Origin: Barthelona sp. PAP020
Taxonomy: Eukaryota
DNA: 43,314 nucleotides
Direction of reading: 5' to 3'
NCBI GenBank assembly: GCA_040182905.1
Contig: JARQWU010000063.1
Coordinates: forward strand, 1 to 43,314
In this document: positions 10,409 to 23,400 of the stretch, piece after piece
Layout: each line of letters starts with the position of its first letter
How positions within the stretch are numbered: position 1 is the first letter of the stretch
Program-made: the position numbers and the translations under genes
The notes under the pieces: generated by a model
Database searches by the model: none
Told to the model about the DNA's origin: nothing
The model's input: the letters and a program-made list of their open reading frames with translations, nothing else

Positions 10409-11968
10409 TATCTAACACCTCAATAGCAACATTATCTAATTCCACTTCCTCATTATCATCATCTGTTACCAAATCCAACTCTTTATCAGTTACACCTTTA
10501 ACACCACTCAAGGCAATAAGTAGTGCAGCAGGCATTGTGTTTGAACAATTTGCGATTTCCCCATAAACAACTTTGAAAAAAGCCAACCCCTCATTTAAAT
10601 CATTTTGTAACCATCTTAATAGACTTTGAGATATAGAAGTGCTTAATAAAGCTTGGCTTTCTTCTAAAACCATCCCATCCAACGATATAACACCCATAGA
10701 AGGCAAATTCTTAAACAAAGGATGTGAAAGCTTCTTTAACACAGGTAATAACGCCACAATTTGTTTAACTTCTTGACTAACTCCAAAGATAATGGAAATC
10801 ACCTGTTTGTGTGTCATCTCGATATTCTTGAGCAATTTAACAAGTACGTCAGGCGGCACCAAACAGTGTTTTCTTTCAAGTAAAGATATGACCAACTCAA
10901 CCAATAAATGAGGCTCATTAATGAAGTGGGTACCCAATTCTTCATATGAAATCAGTTCATATAATAAATCAATGGACTCTTCAATTTGGGCACGTTTCAA
11001 CAAAATGATTGGACTCATTTCATTTGGATTCTCTAAAATTTCCATTAAAACTTGTTCACGATGGGCTAAATCACCTTCAAAACGTTGATCAATCGTTAAT
11101 TCCTTTCCAAGAACAAACTTCGCTTCCAAATCAACCAATTCTTGGGGATAATGGTGATATAAAATCTCAAAACATTCATTCAATTGAGTTTTCGATACAT
11201 CTTTCGTCTCCAATAATAATACCATGATTTCATCAACTAAAATAGCTTTTCCTTTCGAACAAATACCTAACCTGCAAAGTAATAAAACCGCAACAAGTTG
11301 AAACTCTTGTCTCATGACCTTCTTAGCATCTAAATGTATCAAGTAACGACAACCGTTCAAAATTCCCCTGATTAAATCATCAGGAACTGCAACCATATCA
11401 CTGCAAAATGATGTAGACAACTTAACAAACAAACCAATCATAGGTTTGGATGGCAAACTTTCAAACATATGCAAACTTTGAAGATAATTAATGAAAAGGG
11501 TGAACAATTGAGGACGTTTTCTTAAACGAGTCTCAAAAATATCAAAAGGTAAACCATTTCCAGTTTCTTTACTGCCAACAAAAATATCCCATATAGAATC
11601 TTGCAGTTTAAAGCGTTCTAAGAGTCTCACAAAAACATTTGTGTCATGATAGGGTAAAAATGTTAAAATTGTAAAATCAAACAAATGTTCATCAATAGGG
11701 AATCTTTCAAATAACCAATTCAAAATTTCATGACAAGATTCTTGCATGAAATAAGGTGATAATAAACACAATAATTTCTTTAATTTAGTCATTAAAGCTT
11801 CAAATTCGTCATCTAACAATCCATAGATGTCAACAATCTTCGATTCATCTTCAATAATATCTTGAAATTGGACTGTTCCATTGTCAAAAACAATTAATTT
11901 TTCATCAACTATATTGTTAGTGAATGTGAATATATTGATTAATTACTTTCAAAAACTTGAGGTACCAT
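6411..11968 (-). CDS. UTP10: U3 snoRNP/t-UTP HEAT-repeat protein UTP10/HEATR1; complement(join(6411..11908,11947..11968)), ~1839 aa
   Basis: N-terminal LSPYF....HEILNWLFERF and FLPYHDTNVFVRLL; C-terminal BP28CT-like LSLHMNEKVFVPLLNRMFLWA; EEYLSVLSVILPYLSELSEE. The ATG at 11968 is joined in frame by a 38-nt intron. Confidence 0.9.
10320..10407 (-). repeat. Coding trinucleotide microsatellites (GAT)n and (GAA)n encoding poly-Asp and poly-Glu within UTP10
   Basis: Runs of tca and tct on the + strand; translate as DDDDDDDDDDDDDD-KEVGD-EEEEEEEEEE. Confidence 0.9.
11909..11946 (-). other. Spliceosomal intron, 38 nt, phase 1 (UTP10)
   Basis: GTAATTAATCAATATATTCACATTCACTAACAATATAG. Removal joins ATG GTA CCT CAA GTT TTT GAA A|TT GAT in frame with the 1802-aa ORF. 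Confidence 0.85.
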
Positions 11969-12204
11969 TTTGAAGTTGAAAAAAAAAAAGAAATTTTGAT
12001 CTTTTACATCCAAAAAAAAAAATAGAAACAAACAATAGCCTTGTTAAATAAATGACATATATAAATTATAGTTTTTATTGTAATTTGGTGATTAGAAAAG
12101 GGTAAATAACTTGTTTGTGAACAAATGAAGAAATTCACAATACTCTCTTGAAAAAATAAAGAAAAAAGAAGAAAAATAAATTGCCTAAATAAACAAATGT
12201 CGAA

Positions 12205-12579
12205 TTATATTTCTATGGCTTTGTTGTCTGTGGTATTATCTATTTCAACTTTTGGTTCAATGGTTGATTTGTTTTGAAGTGAATTTTCATAATCCTTAGC
12301 CATTAAATCCATTAAAAGTAATTGATTAGTTGCAACTTCTTCGGGAATCTGATAATTTGGAGAGGTTAAACTGAATTCAAAGAATGCATCTTGTTCTTTT
12401 TCTTTTTCATCAGGAATTGAAAAAGTTCCTGGATGTTCTTTTGCTTGATCGATGCGATTATTTAATGCATCAATTCTACTTTTCCAAAATTCATCGTAAA
12501 TTTCTCTTTCTGAATTAACAATGTCTTCTCTAATGAAAGGAATACTTGAATCACTTTCTTGTCGTTTTTCCTCAGTCAT
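12205..12579 (-). CDS. Small hypothetical protein, ~124 aa (MTEEKRQES...)
   Basis: ATG at 12579 follows a T-rich leader; protein-like composition; no family recognised. Confidence 0.6.
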   Translation of the reverse strand: MTEEKRQESDSSIPFIREDIVNSEREIYDEFWKSRIDALNNRIDQAKEHPGTFSIPDEKEKEQDAFFEFSLTSPNYQIPEEVATNQLLLMDLMAKDYENSLQNKSTIEPKVEIDNTTDNKAIEI

Positions 12580-12714
12580 TAAGTAAAGAAAAAAAAATTG
12601 TTCAAAAGATAACAGGCCTTTATGAAAAATAATGCTGAAAATTTGTGATGTAAACGAGAAATGTGAAAATGTCACTTCAAGAGGGCTTAAACGTTGATTT
12701 TTGAACAATTGTAA

Positions 12715-13716
12715 TCACTTTATCTTTCCCAATAATTTCAAAGCTTTTCTTGCGTCCAACCTTTCTTTAGCCAATGGATGAGTCAATTTTCTTGCTAATT
12801 CAATTAAATCTCTAAGTTTTTCAGGATTTTCATGAATTTTTTCATTACAATTGTCTTTGACCATTTCTTCCACATTGATATCTGTGATTCCATCTTTTTC
12901 CAACTGTTTCAAGCTTCTTTTAAGTTGAGGAAACCATTTTTTACATTCTTGGATTCCGATTAATTGACAAACATTCAAAATATTATCTGAATCGAATATT
13001 CGCTGTATGCCCAACAACAAACTCCATAAAATTATCCCAATAGCCCAAATATCATTCTTTTTATCAGATGCCACAATATTTAAAATACGCTCTGGAGAAC
13101 GAAAGCCTACCGTTCCTAGTCCTTCATGTGGAAAAAAGTTCTCTTGAAAAGTAGCCAGACCGAAATCGATTAAACAGCTCTTGTGAGGCTCTTTGATATT
13201 GAACAAAAAATTAGAGGGTTTAATATCGTTGTGAATGACGTTGTTGGCATGACAGTTTTTTATTGCAATAAGAAGATACTTTAAGTATTGAATAATGTCA
13301 TCCAATGAACAACTTTTAATGAAAACTTTAAACTTTATGTAATCAACCCAACCTAATATCAATGAACAAATACTCAGATTATTATGTTGAACAACACCAT
13401 AAAATTGAACTATATTGTTATTATTCTTTAATTTATCCAATATATATGCTTCGTGTAATAATTTACTGGTTGGACAAACATGATGTAATCTTTTCAAAGC
13501 GAAAATATTTTGAGTTTCTGGATTTATGATTTTTACAACAGTACCAAACGTTCCGTACCTTAGTGTTGAGAAATCAGCAATGAAATTTGGTGCTTCTAAT
13601 AACATGGATTTTTGATTATTATTGGTTTCATCATTGATTTCTTCATTTTCAGCATCAATTATACTTGGATCTTTTTCAAATAAATCAAAACTATATGAAT
13701 CATAGTAGTATTTCAT
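12715..13716 (-). CDS. Ser/Thr protein kinase, Cdc7-like, 333 aa
   Basis: YGTFGTV, ALKRL, HNDIKPSNFLFN, LIDFGLA, GTVGFRSPE, DIWAIGII. KPSNFL and GTxGFRxPE are typical of Cdc7. Confidence 0.75.
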   Translation of the reverse strand: MKYYYDSYSFDLFEKDPSIIDAENEEINDETNNNQKSMLLEAPNFIADFSTLRYGTFGTVVKIINPETQNIFALKRLHHVCPTSKLLHEAYILDKLKNNNNIVQFYGVVQHNNLSICSLILGWVDYIKFKVFIKSCSLDDIIQYLKYLLIAIKNCHANNVIHNDIKPSNFLFNIKEPHKSCLIDFGLATFQENFFPHEGLGTVGFRSPERILNIVASDKKNDIWAIGIILWSLLLGIQRIFDSDNILNVCQLIGIQECKKWFPQLKRSLKQLEKDGITDINVEEMVKDNCNEKIHENPEKLRDLIELARKLTHPLAKERLDARKALKLLGKIK

Positions 13717-14243
13717 AATTAATCATGACAAAATTATGTATTCTTTGAAAAAAAATTCTAAATTAATTGTCAATGTTGTTGGGTAACAAACCTTCTCTTA
13801 GAGTTAAATTTTCATCTTTTTCTTTATTTATATCATTCTATATTATTTAAAAACAATGGTTGATGATTCTTTACATCCAAAATTTTTTAGCCCTAATTAT
13901 CGGTCATGTGTCATGAATATTTTTTGATAATTTGTAGTTTTAAAATTTAATTATCATCTTTTGAACACAATAAAACGCTTTTCACTGTTTCTTTTTTGAA
14001 TCCTACCTTATTTTTATTATTTTTTGTAGTTTTTCTATTCTATACACTCTTTCCTCATTTTGAAGTTTGAAAAAAAAGAAAAATGAATATTTCAAATGTA
14101 AAGAATTCTTTTATGTTATTAATTTCCTCATTTTATCCTTTCTTTTAAATTTCAGGTGATTGATTTTGTTTTTTTATGAATATTTGAGGTATAAAAAAAA
14201 AAATCTCTGAACAAAGGGCGCTTTTTATCAACAACAATTTTTC

Positions 14244-17200
14244 ATGAGTAAGACCTCGCCAAGTTCATCAATACGATTGGATGACATTAAACCTGAAAAT
14301 GGAGTATTTTATTATTGCTTAATTTTATTATAACTAACAAAAATAGAGAATTGTTTTAAACAGAAGCAATTTAAATTATTTGAATGCTTTAAAAGATCAA
14401 CCAAAATGTGAGCATTTATATCTTAGATACAATAAACTGAGTGCTTGGAACACTACAGCTTTATTTCCCATTTTAAAGACTTTGGATATTGCTTACAATT
14501 TTTTTGAAGATTTTGAATTTTTAAATAATTTATCAACAGTTAGGTTGTTGTATGTGAACTCAAACAAGTTAACCACGTTTGAAAATTTTCCCCTTTTGAA
14601 TCATTTGGAACATTTTTCTTTTTCTGACAATCAGATATCTTCATTTAGTTGCTTACCTAATTTACCTGAATTATGTGTATTGAGTGGTAGTCACAACGAT
14701 ATTAAATCATTTGTAGATTTTCCTTATTTAACAAAACTTGACTCAATCAGATTAAAGAACAATCCAGTTGCATCACATCCCTTATATTTGGAAATGTTAG
14801 TTGCTTTATCTCCTGATACTTTGCGAAAGATTGACAGTAATGTGGTTTCAAAGGAATTAAGAAGCAGAAGTAAGCTTTTGTTTGGCCATCGTACCAGACT
14901 GTTGTTAAGGGAAGGATGGTTACCCAATCCTGAATTGATTATTGAGAATAATTTTGAGGCAACTGTGGAAGCTATTGAGAATACAGTTGATAATATTCTT
15001 ATAGAACGTGTTTTGGATTTGAACAAGGAAAAAAAAAGACCCATTCTTACATGTGGATTCTCATATGAGGATGACGAAGGGTTTTGTGAAGGGAATCAAA
15101 TTTCGATCACTTATACGTTGGGAGAAAATCGTCTTACTGGGGTAGAGACGACAGTATCTTATTCTTGGTTTAGATATGTCTTAGAAAGTCAAGAATGGGA
15201 GCAACTGCAAGTGAATCAACCTTCTTTGTTATTATCAGCAAAAGACGCTAACACCTGCTTAAAATGTTGTGTTCAAGTATATTTGACATCAAAGCGATCT
15301 GGAGGTCAGATGAATGTCGAGGAAGATTCTAAAATTGAACTGATTACTCCAACAATTCGTCGTGCCGATCCTCAAATTCGTGATTGTTGTTTGAAAGGCA
15401 CTTTTGTCGAAGGTGAAGTTCTCACTTTGGATTATACATTTGTTGGAGGTATTGAAGGGCCAACTGTTGTTGAATGGAAGAGATATCACAAAGATGGCTC
15501 CATTTCTGATTGTGTTGATGTTGAATCTGTTGTTCGTCAAGAGTCTCCCCTACAATATAAATTGAGTTTGGATGATGTCGACCATTTAGTATTTGCTTTG
15601 ATTACTCCTGTCAATGAGGAGTCAGAAATAGGTGAAATTTTTACTATTGAAGCTTCAGAATTTGTTAGACCCGCAGCGCCACAAGTTTTATCTTTAAGAA
15701 TCGTTGGAGATATTATTGAAAGGGAAACTGTTGGTGTTGTTGTTGATTATTTTGGAGGATTTGAAGGAGAATCTAAGATTTCATGGTATTCTGTGGATGC
15801 TAGTATGGTGGAAGACAGTTACACGCATCTTGTTACTGGAAAAAAATATTGTATTGCAGAATCTGATTTTGGTAGAAGATTGGGTGTTACCTATACCCCT
15901 GTTTCCAAAGATGGTATTGTTGGAAAACCTTTGTCTGTTTATACTGAGCCTATTGGAGCAGGTAAACCAATAGTTAAGACTGTTACATTTGAAGATGAAC
16001 CTACTGAAGCGTCAGAATTCGGTTTTACCTATGATTATTCTGGTGGATTAGAAGGAGAATCTAATATTGTTTGGTTTCAATCAGTTGATACCTATTCTGC
16101 TGATTTGGATGATGAAAAAATTAATTATTTGATTGAAAAATTGCAAGAAGAAAACTTAAATGTATTCAAGATCTTTAAAAATTCTGATACCGATAAAACG
16201 AGACATTTTGTTAGGTCTTCGAATGTTGGACGTGTTTTTGGTGTGTGTATTACTCCTCAAAGACAAGATGGAATGGAAGGACCTAACTTTTATCAATTAT
16301 GTGGAAATGTTGTGAGACGTTGTTCACCTAGAGTTATTGCTCTTTCTTTAGAGGGTAAAACTGTTGAATCTTCAATTCTTGAAGTAAAAATGGAAATTGC
16401 AGGAACAACTAGAACAGTTGAGAGATGGTATCGAGTCAACTCGATGACTATGGAAAGAACTGAAATATCACAATACAACCCTTCGTATCATGTTCTTTCA
16501 CAGGATAAAGGTCATTATATTGAGTTTGAAGTTACCCCATTCTATGATAATATTGAAGGCGAATCAATGAGTATTCGTAGTGAAACTGTGTGTGAATGGG
16601 CCGAACCCAAGTATTATGATTTAAAAATATCCGGAGAGCCTCTTGAGGCTAGGACGCTTACTGCTAAAGGTTTTTATATTGGTGGTATTGAAGGCCCATC
16701 TGAGCATCAATGGATTCGTGTTCATCCAGATGGAACATCTGAACAAATTATTGGTGCAACTGATGAATCTTATGTTATTCATGGCATTGATGCAGGATGT
16801 TATTTGATTCATTCTGTTATACCTGTGCGTGAAGATGGTATGAGAGGAGACAGAGTTGAGAGTGAAAAGATTGGTCCATGTATTGTTGGTAAGCCCACAA
16901 TAACAGACATAGTTCATGACCACACTGAATATTTTGAACAAGAATCTGAGGTAATTATCAATTATAAATACTTTGGAGGTGGTAGTTATCGTGTTTTTGG
17001 TGACATTCATCGAATCATGTGGACTGATGAAGCTATATCTCGTCAATTGGATCTTGAAGAGAAAGAAGAATTCGTTTCTCACTTTGATTTAGGTTTTGTT
17101 GATACCACACAACAACCCAGACCCATTAAGTATCAGTTGTCATCTGATGATTTGGGTTGTGAGCTTAGATTCAGTCTTTCTGTTGAAAGAAAGGATACAC

Positions 17201-19311
17201 ATGGTTCTACTATGTCTGAATTACCAATTGTTCATACTGTTGGTCCTTTTGTTCATTCTGGTGTTACGATGTGCAGGTACGATTTTGATCCACCAGCACC
17301 AAAAGCCTATAGTCCTATTATTTTCTTACCTCATCTTTATGTTAGAACTCCCAACTATAAATCAACATGTGTGTGGCAATATGAGTCTGTTGACGGTCAG
17401 TGGATTAACTTGGGGCATTCAGATTTGGAAACTGTATGTCGTCCAACTAAAGAAACCTGTGGCAGACCTTTGAGAGTACAATATGAGATTATTGATGGTC
17501 ATGGTATTCATCAAACATATGTGGCAGTATGTAGTGAGCCTGTTACTTGGGGAAAACCTCACATTGAGAACCCTATCATCTCTATTGACAGAGAATTTAA
17601 GAATTTATTGTTAAATTTTGAATATTTAGGACCTGAGGAGGGATCCCATCATATTAAATGGTTTAGACACAAACATAATGAAAAGGTGGAGGTTAAATCT
17701 CAGTTGAATAAAGTAATTTATCCACTTTCTCAACAAAACGATGTTGATTGTCATATAAGTGCTGAGATTTTGCCATTGACTAAGGCAGATATTGCAGGGA
17801 ATCTTGTAAAGACAGATCTAACTCCTATTTTGGATTATTCCGTTTTCAGTGGTTCATTCTTACCTAATGGTTTATATCAAGAAGATTCTACAAATGATAA
17901 TGTCAATGCGCCATTCATTAATTCGGCACATATTCTTGTTGATGGTCATCGTAACTTTTCAAGACCTATAGAAGGACAAATGATTGAAATTTCTCATGAA
18001 ATTAGCGGTTCACCCAGTGAGATTGATGTTGAAGTTGTGTGGGATTGTTTTGAAGAAGAAACCAAAAGTTGGATTCGTTGTGGTAGTGAACATAAGCATC
18101 TTATTGTTTTAAATGATGTTGGAAAGCGTTTGAGAGCTACCATTCATGTGTCAACAAATGAACAAGATGGAAATACTGTTGTTTTATATGTTCCTTCCCC
18201 ATTACCTGGTAAACCTGTTGTTAAAAGTTTCCGTTTTGAATTCAATGCACAGACCGGCAGTGTTTTTAATTTGTTTACTGAATATTTTGGTGGATACGAA
18301 GGTGCTTCTGAAATCATCTTCTATCGAATGAATCCAAATGTAGAAAACGTGAGTGTGAAGCGTTTACCTATGCGTAGATCGATTGGAAGCAAAGGATTTT
18401 TGACACCTAAGGAATCATCTTTACCCATCAGTTATAAATTGACAGTTGATGATGCTTTTCATCAATTTGGTTTCAAGTATAAACCTATTCGTATGGATGG
18501 TATTGAAGGGGAAGAAATTGTGTACACTTTCGATGAGATTATTCAATTTTCAGATGTATTGATTGAAGAAATTCAACCCAAATTGCAAACTGAAGGAGAA
18601 TTCTTTTGGGAGGTTTTACAGTTCCCATTAGACTTACCACATCAATTGTCTCACAGTTTTTCTTTGAATTCATTTGATTCCAGCACATTAACCAACATTA
18701 GGTTATATGTCAATCCAGAGAAGTTAAAGATTCGCCAAGCTAATTCAGCAAAGACTCTAATCAAACATTTGTTAGGTCAAGGGTTAGGTGTTTCTTTACA
18801 TGATGATCCACGTATCTTTAGCGTTCATTTTAATCCAGAATTTATTTTGGGACCTGCTCAACATAAGGAAAGGTATATAACCAACGAAGTTATTTCTGAT
18901 AATTGTTTGACACTTCATTTTACTCTTGCAGAATATTTGTCTGATACCAATCAAAGAGTTAATGAACCCTTTTTAAAAACTGAAGAAATTGTAGCAACAA
19001 TTCGTGCTTTGACTGATATCAGATCCAATAAAAACCCTTGGACAAAGGCACAATTAGACACAACTTTTTCAATTGCCAATAACAATAGAAAAATGAAAAG
19101 AAAAGCTAGCACTTCTGATTTATCATTAAGAAACCCTTCAGCTAATAATTTATACGCTCCTAAAGCAGTAGCCATTCAAAATACACAAAAAGCTTTGAAT
19201 GTACTCCGAATTTATCACAAGTTGAAAGATAAAGGTAAAATGAATGCCAATGAAATGGATCGTAGTTCTGAAGAAGAATCTGATGAACATGAAGCAATTT
19301 CTCCTGAATAA
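14244..19311 (+). CDS. AIR9: AIR9-like microtubule-associated protein (N-terminal LRRs + ~11 A9 Ig-like repeats); join(14244..14303,14347..19311), ~1674 aa
   Basis: SDS22-like LRRs (LYLRYNKL, LDIAYNFF, LYVNSNKL, FSFSDNQI, IRLKNNPV) followed by repeated Y.GG.EG.S...W and P...DG..G motifs typical of A9 repeats. Confidence 0.88.
14304..14346 (+). other. Spliceosomal intron, 43 nt, phase 0 (AIR9)
   Basis: GTATTTTATTATTGCTTAATTTTATTATAACTAACAAAAATAG. Removal joins MSKTSPSSSIRLDDIKPENG to RIVLNRSNLNYLNALK in frame. Confidence 0.85.
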
Positions 19312-20426
19312 TCTCTTTGAATGATTTATAAATAATTCTTATATAAATTTATTTTTTATTTCTAAGCCAAGAAGCGCTGTGTGTATGTGTATGAGTAATT
19401 AAGAGAGAATAGTGTCTATTTGTTGAAGGATTTTAGGGCCCGATTGATTGGTTGAAAGGTTTAATTCTTCAAAAGTGAAAGAAGAAAAACTTTACAACGT
19501 TACTTTCGCATCAAAAAAAAAACAGTGGTTCAATAATTTCCCTTAATTTATGCTTGATTGTTCAGACAGAATTTCAATCCTTCATCCCCTTTTTTCAAAA
19601 AAATCAACCAGAATGATTTCTATCTGTTCCCTTTCCCTGATATAAAAACAGTTGTTTCACCACCACTGGGTTATGTTTGATCAAAGATTTTTGAGGTTTG
19701 ATTGATACGGATTCTGGCTTGGTAAAAAACTAATATTGGGCTGAGAGAATAAAAGCCAGCACACTTTCTGGTGAACAGAGATGTGGCCAATTGATGAATT
19801 ACAGAAATTTTCTTCATTTGATAACCATACACGGTGTTGACACTCAATGATCAGTTAAAAAGTTACAGCTTTTGGAAAAAAGTATGGCACTGCAAAATTT
19901 TGCTTTGCTGATGATAATATAATTGCCTGAAGACTATTTCCAAAATTCTCATTCTCAACCAAATAGAATTGAACATTTCCATTGCACCAATTTACTTAAA
20001 TGAAGTTTTTGGGTTCATTTGTTTTGTAATTAGCCTTGTTTGTCTCAAATTTAATGCAATTTACTCATTGACAAAGAGATTTGTGAGCATATAGCTTTGT
20101 TTAAAAGCAACACTCTTCAATTCCACAGGGAGTTTCTTCACACTGAAATAAAAAAAAAGAACACAATTTATTCACAACATAACTTGTTATAAGACTATCT
20201 CAGTTGAAAATATATTATTTTACATCTATTACACATTCTACATCTAATAGACTGTTAATAACAAAGATTTCATCTGACAAAGTGGTTCATTGTACATCCT
20301 TGTATCTTTAGATTGCAAACGAATGACATTATTTTATAAATTTTGGTTTGCTTTTAAAATTGACAATTACTTGGATGAAAAGCTCCCAAAACATGTTAAT
20401 TTATTTTTTAAAATAGTTTCATCTGC

Positions 20427-23400
20427 TTATTGCAAAAATACATCATCTTCAAACATTTCATTATTCTCTACGACGACAAAAAACCCATTTTCATCATCAT
20501 CAAGATTATTCATTTGAATGTTAAGTATTTGCTTGTTATCAAGAAGATTCTCATTTTCCACCAGCAAATCTTTCTTTGAATGCGAAAACAATTGGTATCT
20601 CACACAGAAAAACAACAAAATACCAATCAATACAAACAATAAAAATAAAAAAGGAACATAAGTCACAATCTTAAGTTTCAAAGTCATTGTCTCATCATTT
20701 AAACAATAATTATACCAGCTATCCAAATAAAACAAAAGAGAAAATGCTTTTGGCTTACATAAAATGAAAGATTCTAAACTCTCCAAAAGATAATAGTCAT
20801 CATTGTCAATCACTTTAGTACCTTTAAGAACACGCTGTATAACATACATTGAATCACTAGTAACAGTAAAATTGAAAAAATTCTCTATGAAATAAGGTCT
20901 ATTAAAAGAAGATCCTTCATGTTTAATGCAATCATTTTTGTCATAACATATAATAATTTGCATGATTTGCTTCATTTCTTTAGATGTTGAAAAAATAACA
21001 TATCTTTCATCCTCAATAGAATCTTCAGCTTCATTTATTCTTTTGATGACATTTGTCCCAACCAAAAATTCAGGCTTATCAAAATATCTACGTTTGTTCA
21101 CAAGTTCTTTCTTAATTGTCTGATCAAAAGGCTCATCATTGATCATTGAAATGTAACTTCCCTCAATTGATGATGATGAAACAAGTGAATTAATACTAAG
21201 GTTAAATTGGTTTTTTATCAACCATTTATGAATATCAGAAGATATAAAATCACTGTTTGGCTCTACAAAAAAGAACTCAATGAATTTTTGCCCTTGAAGA
21301 TAATCATCATGAGGCAAAAGTGCAATTGATGAGTTTGTTGTTAATATATGAATTAACTCACCTTGTGAAAGTTCATCAGGAGAAATCGCTTGAAAAAAAC
21401 TGAAAAATTTCGTTTCAGCACACTCTTCAACGTCAATGATTAATTTGGGCATTTCAGAACTGTCAATAAGAGGGTTTGAAGCCAATTCAATTTGTAGTTT
21501 ATATAAACCTTTTGTCATGTCAAAATCAAAGGGAATAATTCTGAAAGATTGATAAACTTCATCAACGTCTGCTTTCTTGTGAATAGCGAATAAATTATTG
21601 GAAGTGTTCAATGTGATTTTGTTCGTTCCATTAATAATATGTAATTTATAAATATAAGGTTTTACAAAGAATTCAACGGCAATTTTCGAATTATTATTGT
21701 CTATCATAAAAGATTGAGGTAATGTCAACAAATCCATTTGTGAGTGTGTTTGTGTTGGGGTTGACATCTGTGAAGTCAATTCTTTCAAAGATATATGGGA
21801 ATCAAGAACGGTTACATTCAATCTCAAAGTAGTGAAATAAATCTTGGCATTGGCGACATAATTCTTAAATTTGAGAGGGGCATTGAATTGATCCCACATG
21901 TAAAACTCTCCATTAATCTTTTTTTCACTCTCAACTACCCTCCAACAAGATACAACAAAATTAATCTTGGTGTTAATATCACCAAATTCAATAAAAAATT
22001 GTAACAACACATTTGAAGACTTTAGGATTACATCACAATCATAAGTATATTTTAATTTATAAGCTTTACTTGAAACTGTGGAAATTAGATGATAAGGAGC
22101 ATCAAATCCCATGGATAAAGTGATTTCATGTGATTTTGTTGAAGAGGAAGTATCCAATTCAGATAAATCATACTCATTCAATGGTAAAAATCCAAAGAGT
22201 ATCTCTTTATTCAACACCCTGATAATAATTGTAATATTCAAATCATTATTCTCTTTTGCACAGGAAAAACCAAAAGAATAAGTGGTTACAGCATCTGCAA
22301 TTATTTTCTCGTTGTTATAAATCAAGAAATAAATCTCATTTTCATAAGGCATAATATCAACTACAAAGAATCTAAACGAAATCTCAGAATTAACATGAAA
22401 CACGAAATACTTATACAAATCTTTCCCTGAGTATATGCTCATTGGTTCAGTTTGAAAAGAAAAAATAGAGGTTTCATTGATATAATGATGATTAGTGGTG
22501 AAATAAAACAAATGTTCAATGACAGATTGATCAAAGCACCAAAAATCTCCTTTTAAAATATTTGATACATAATTAACAAAATAAATGGACTTTAAAGTTA
22601 TTGCATCTTGGTAACTCTTAGAAATTGGTATTACAGCTAAAGTTTCAAAAAAATCCACATTTTCTATTGTTTTATCCTTTAATTTAGGAGATTTATGAAC
22701 AGTGTTTATGCAACTATTTGCTGGAATAATTAGATCAACGGATCCTTCAAGTTGGAAAAAAACTGTGTGAATCACATCATTCTTCCCAAAATCAATCTCT
22801 ATTTTTTTCTCTTTGTTATTAAATTTTTCGACCAATTCAATCTTTGAATTATTGCATTGATCTGCTGTTTTAAGCTCAATCCCAAACAAACAATCAAGAG
22901 TATCAACCTTTTTAAGTAAATGTTGAATTTTGGAATTTAATTTCACATAATCAAACTGTAATTGAAAGGTATAGACCATATCAACAATTCTGACTGCAGA
23001 GATCCTATCATCATATCGACATTCCCCATTATAAAAGACATTCAAAGGACAATCTAATGATTCTGTGTCAAATTCACTCAATTTATGAAGTCTAATGAAA
23101 TAATGTGTTGCAGCAGATAACAATAATCTGTAATAACCTGGAAATAACTGTATTCCCCCTTCAAAGTAACTCTTCTCGTAAGAAATACTATTTTGTCCAA
23201 TATCATGAATCCAAAAATAAGATCCCTCATCTGTTAACTTAAAAATACTTAATGTTGTAGGTAAATCCTTGATCTGAGAAGCTGATAAATACATGGTTTC
23301 ATTAAAATATAATTCCATCAAAACAAAATGTACTTTTAAAGCATATAAATTGTCTCTATTAATTTCAATAACTTTTACTAATTGATCTGAAATGTTAAAT

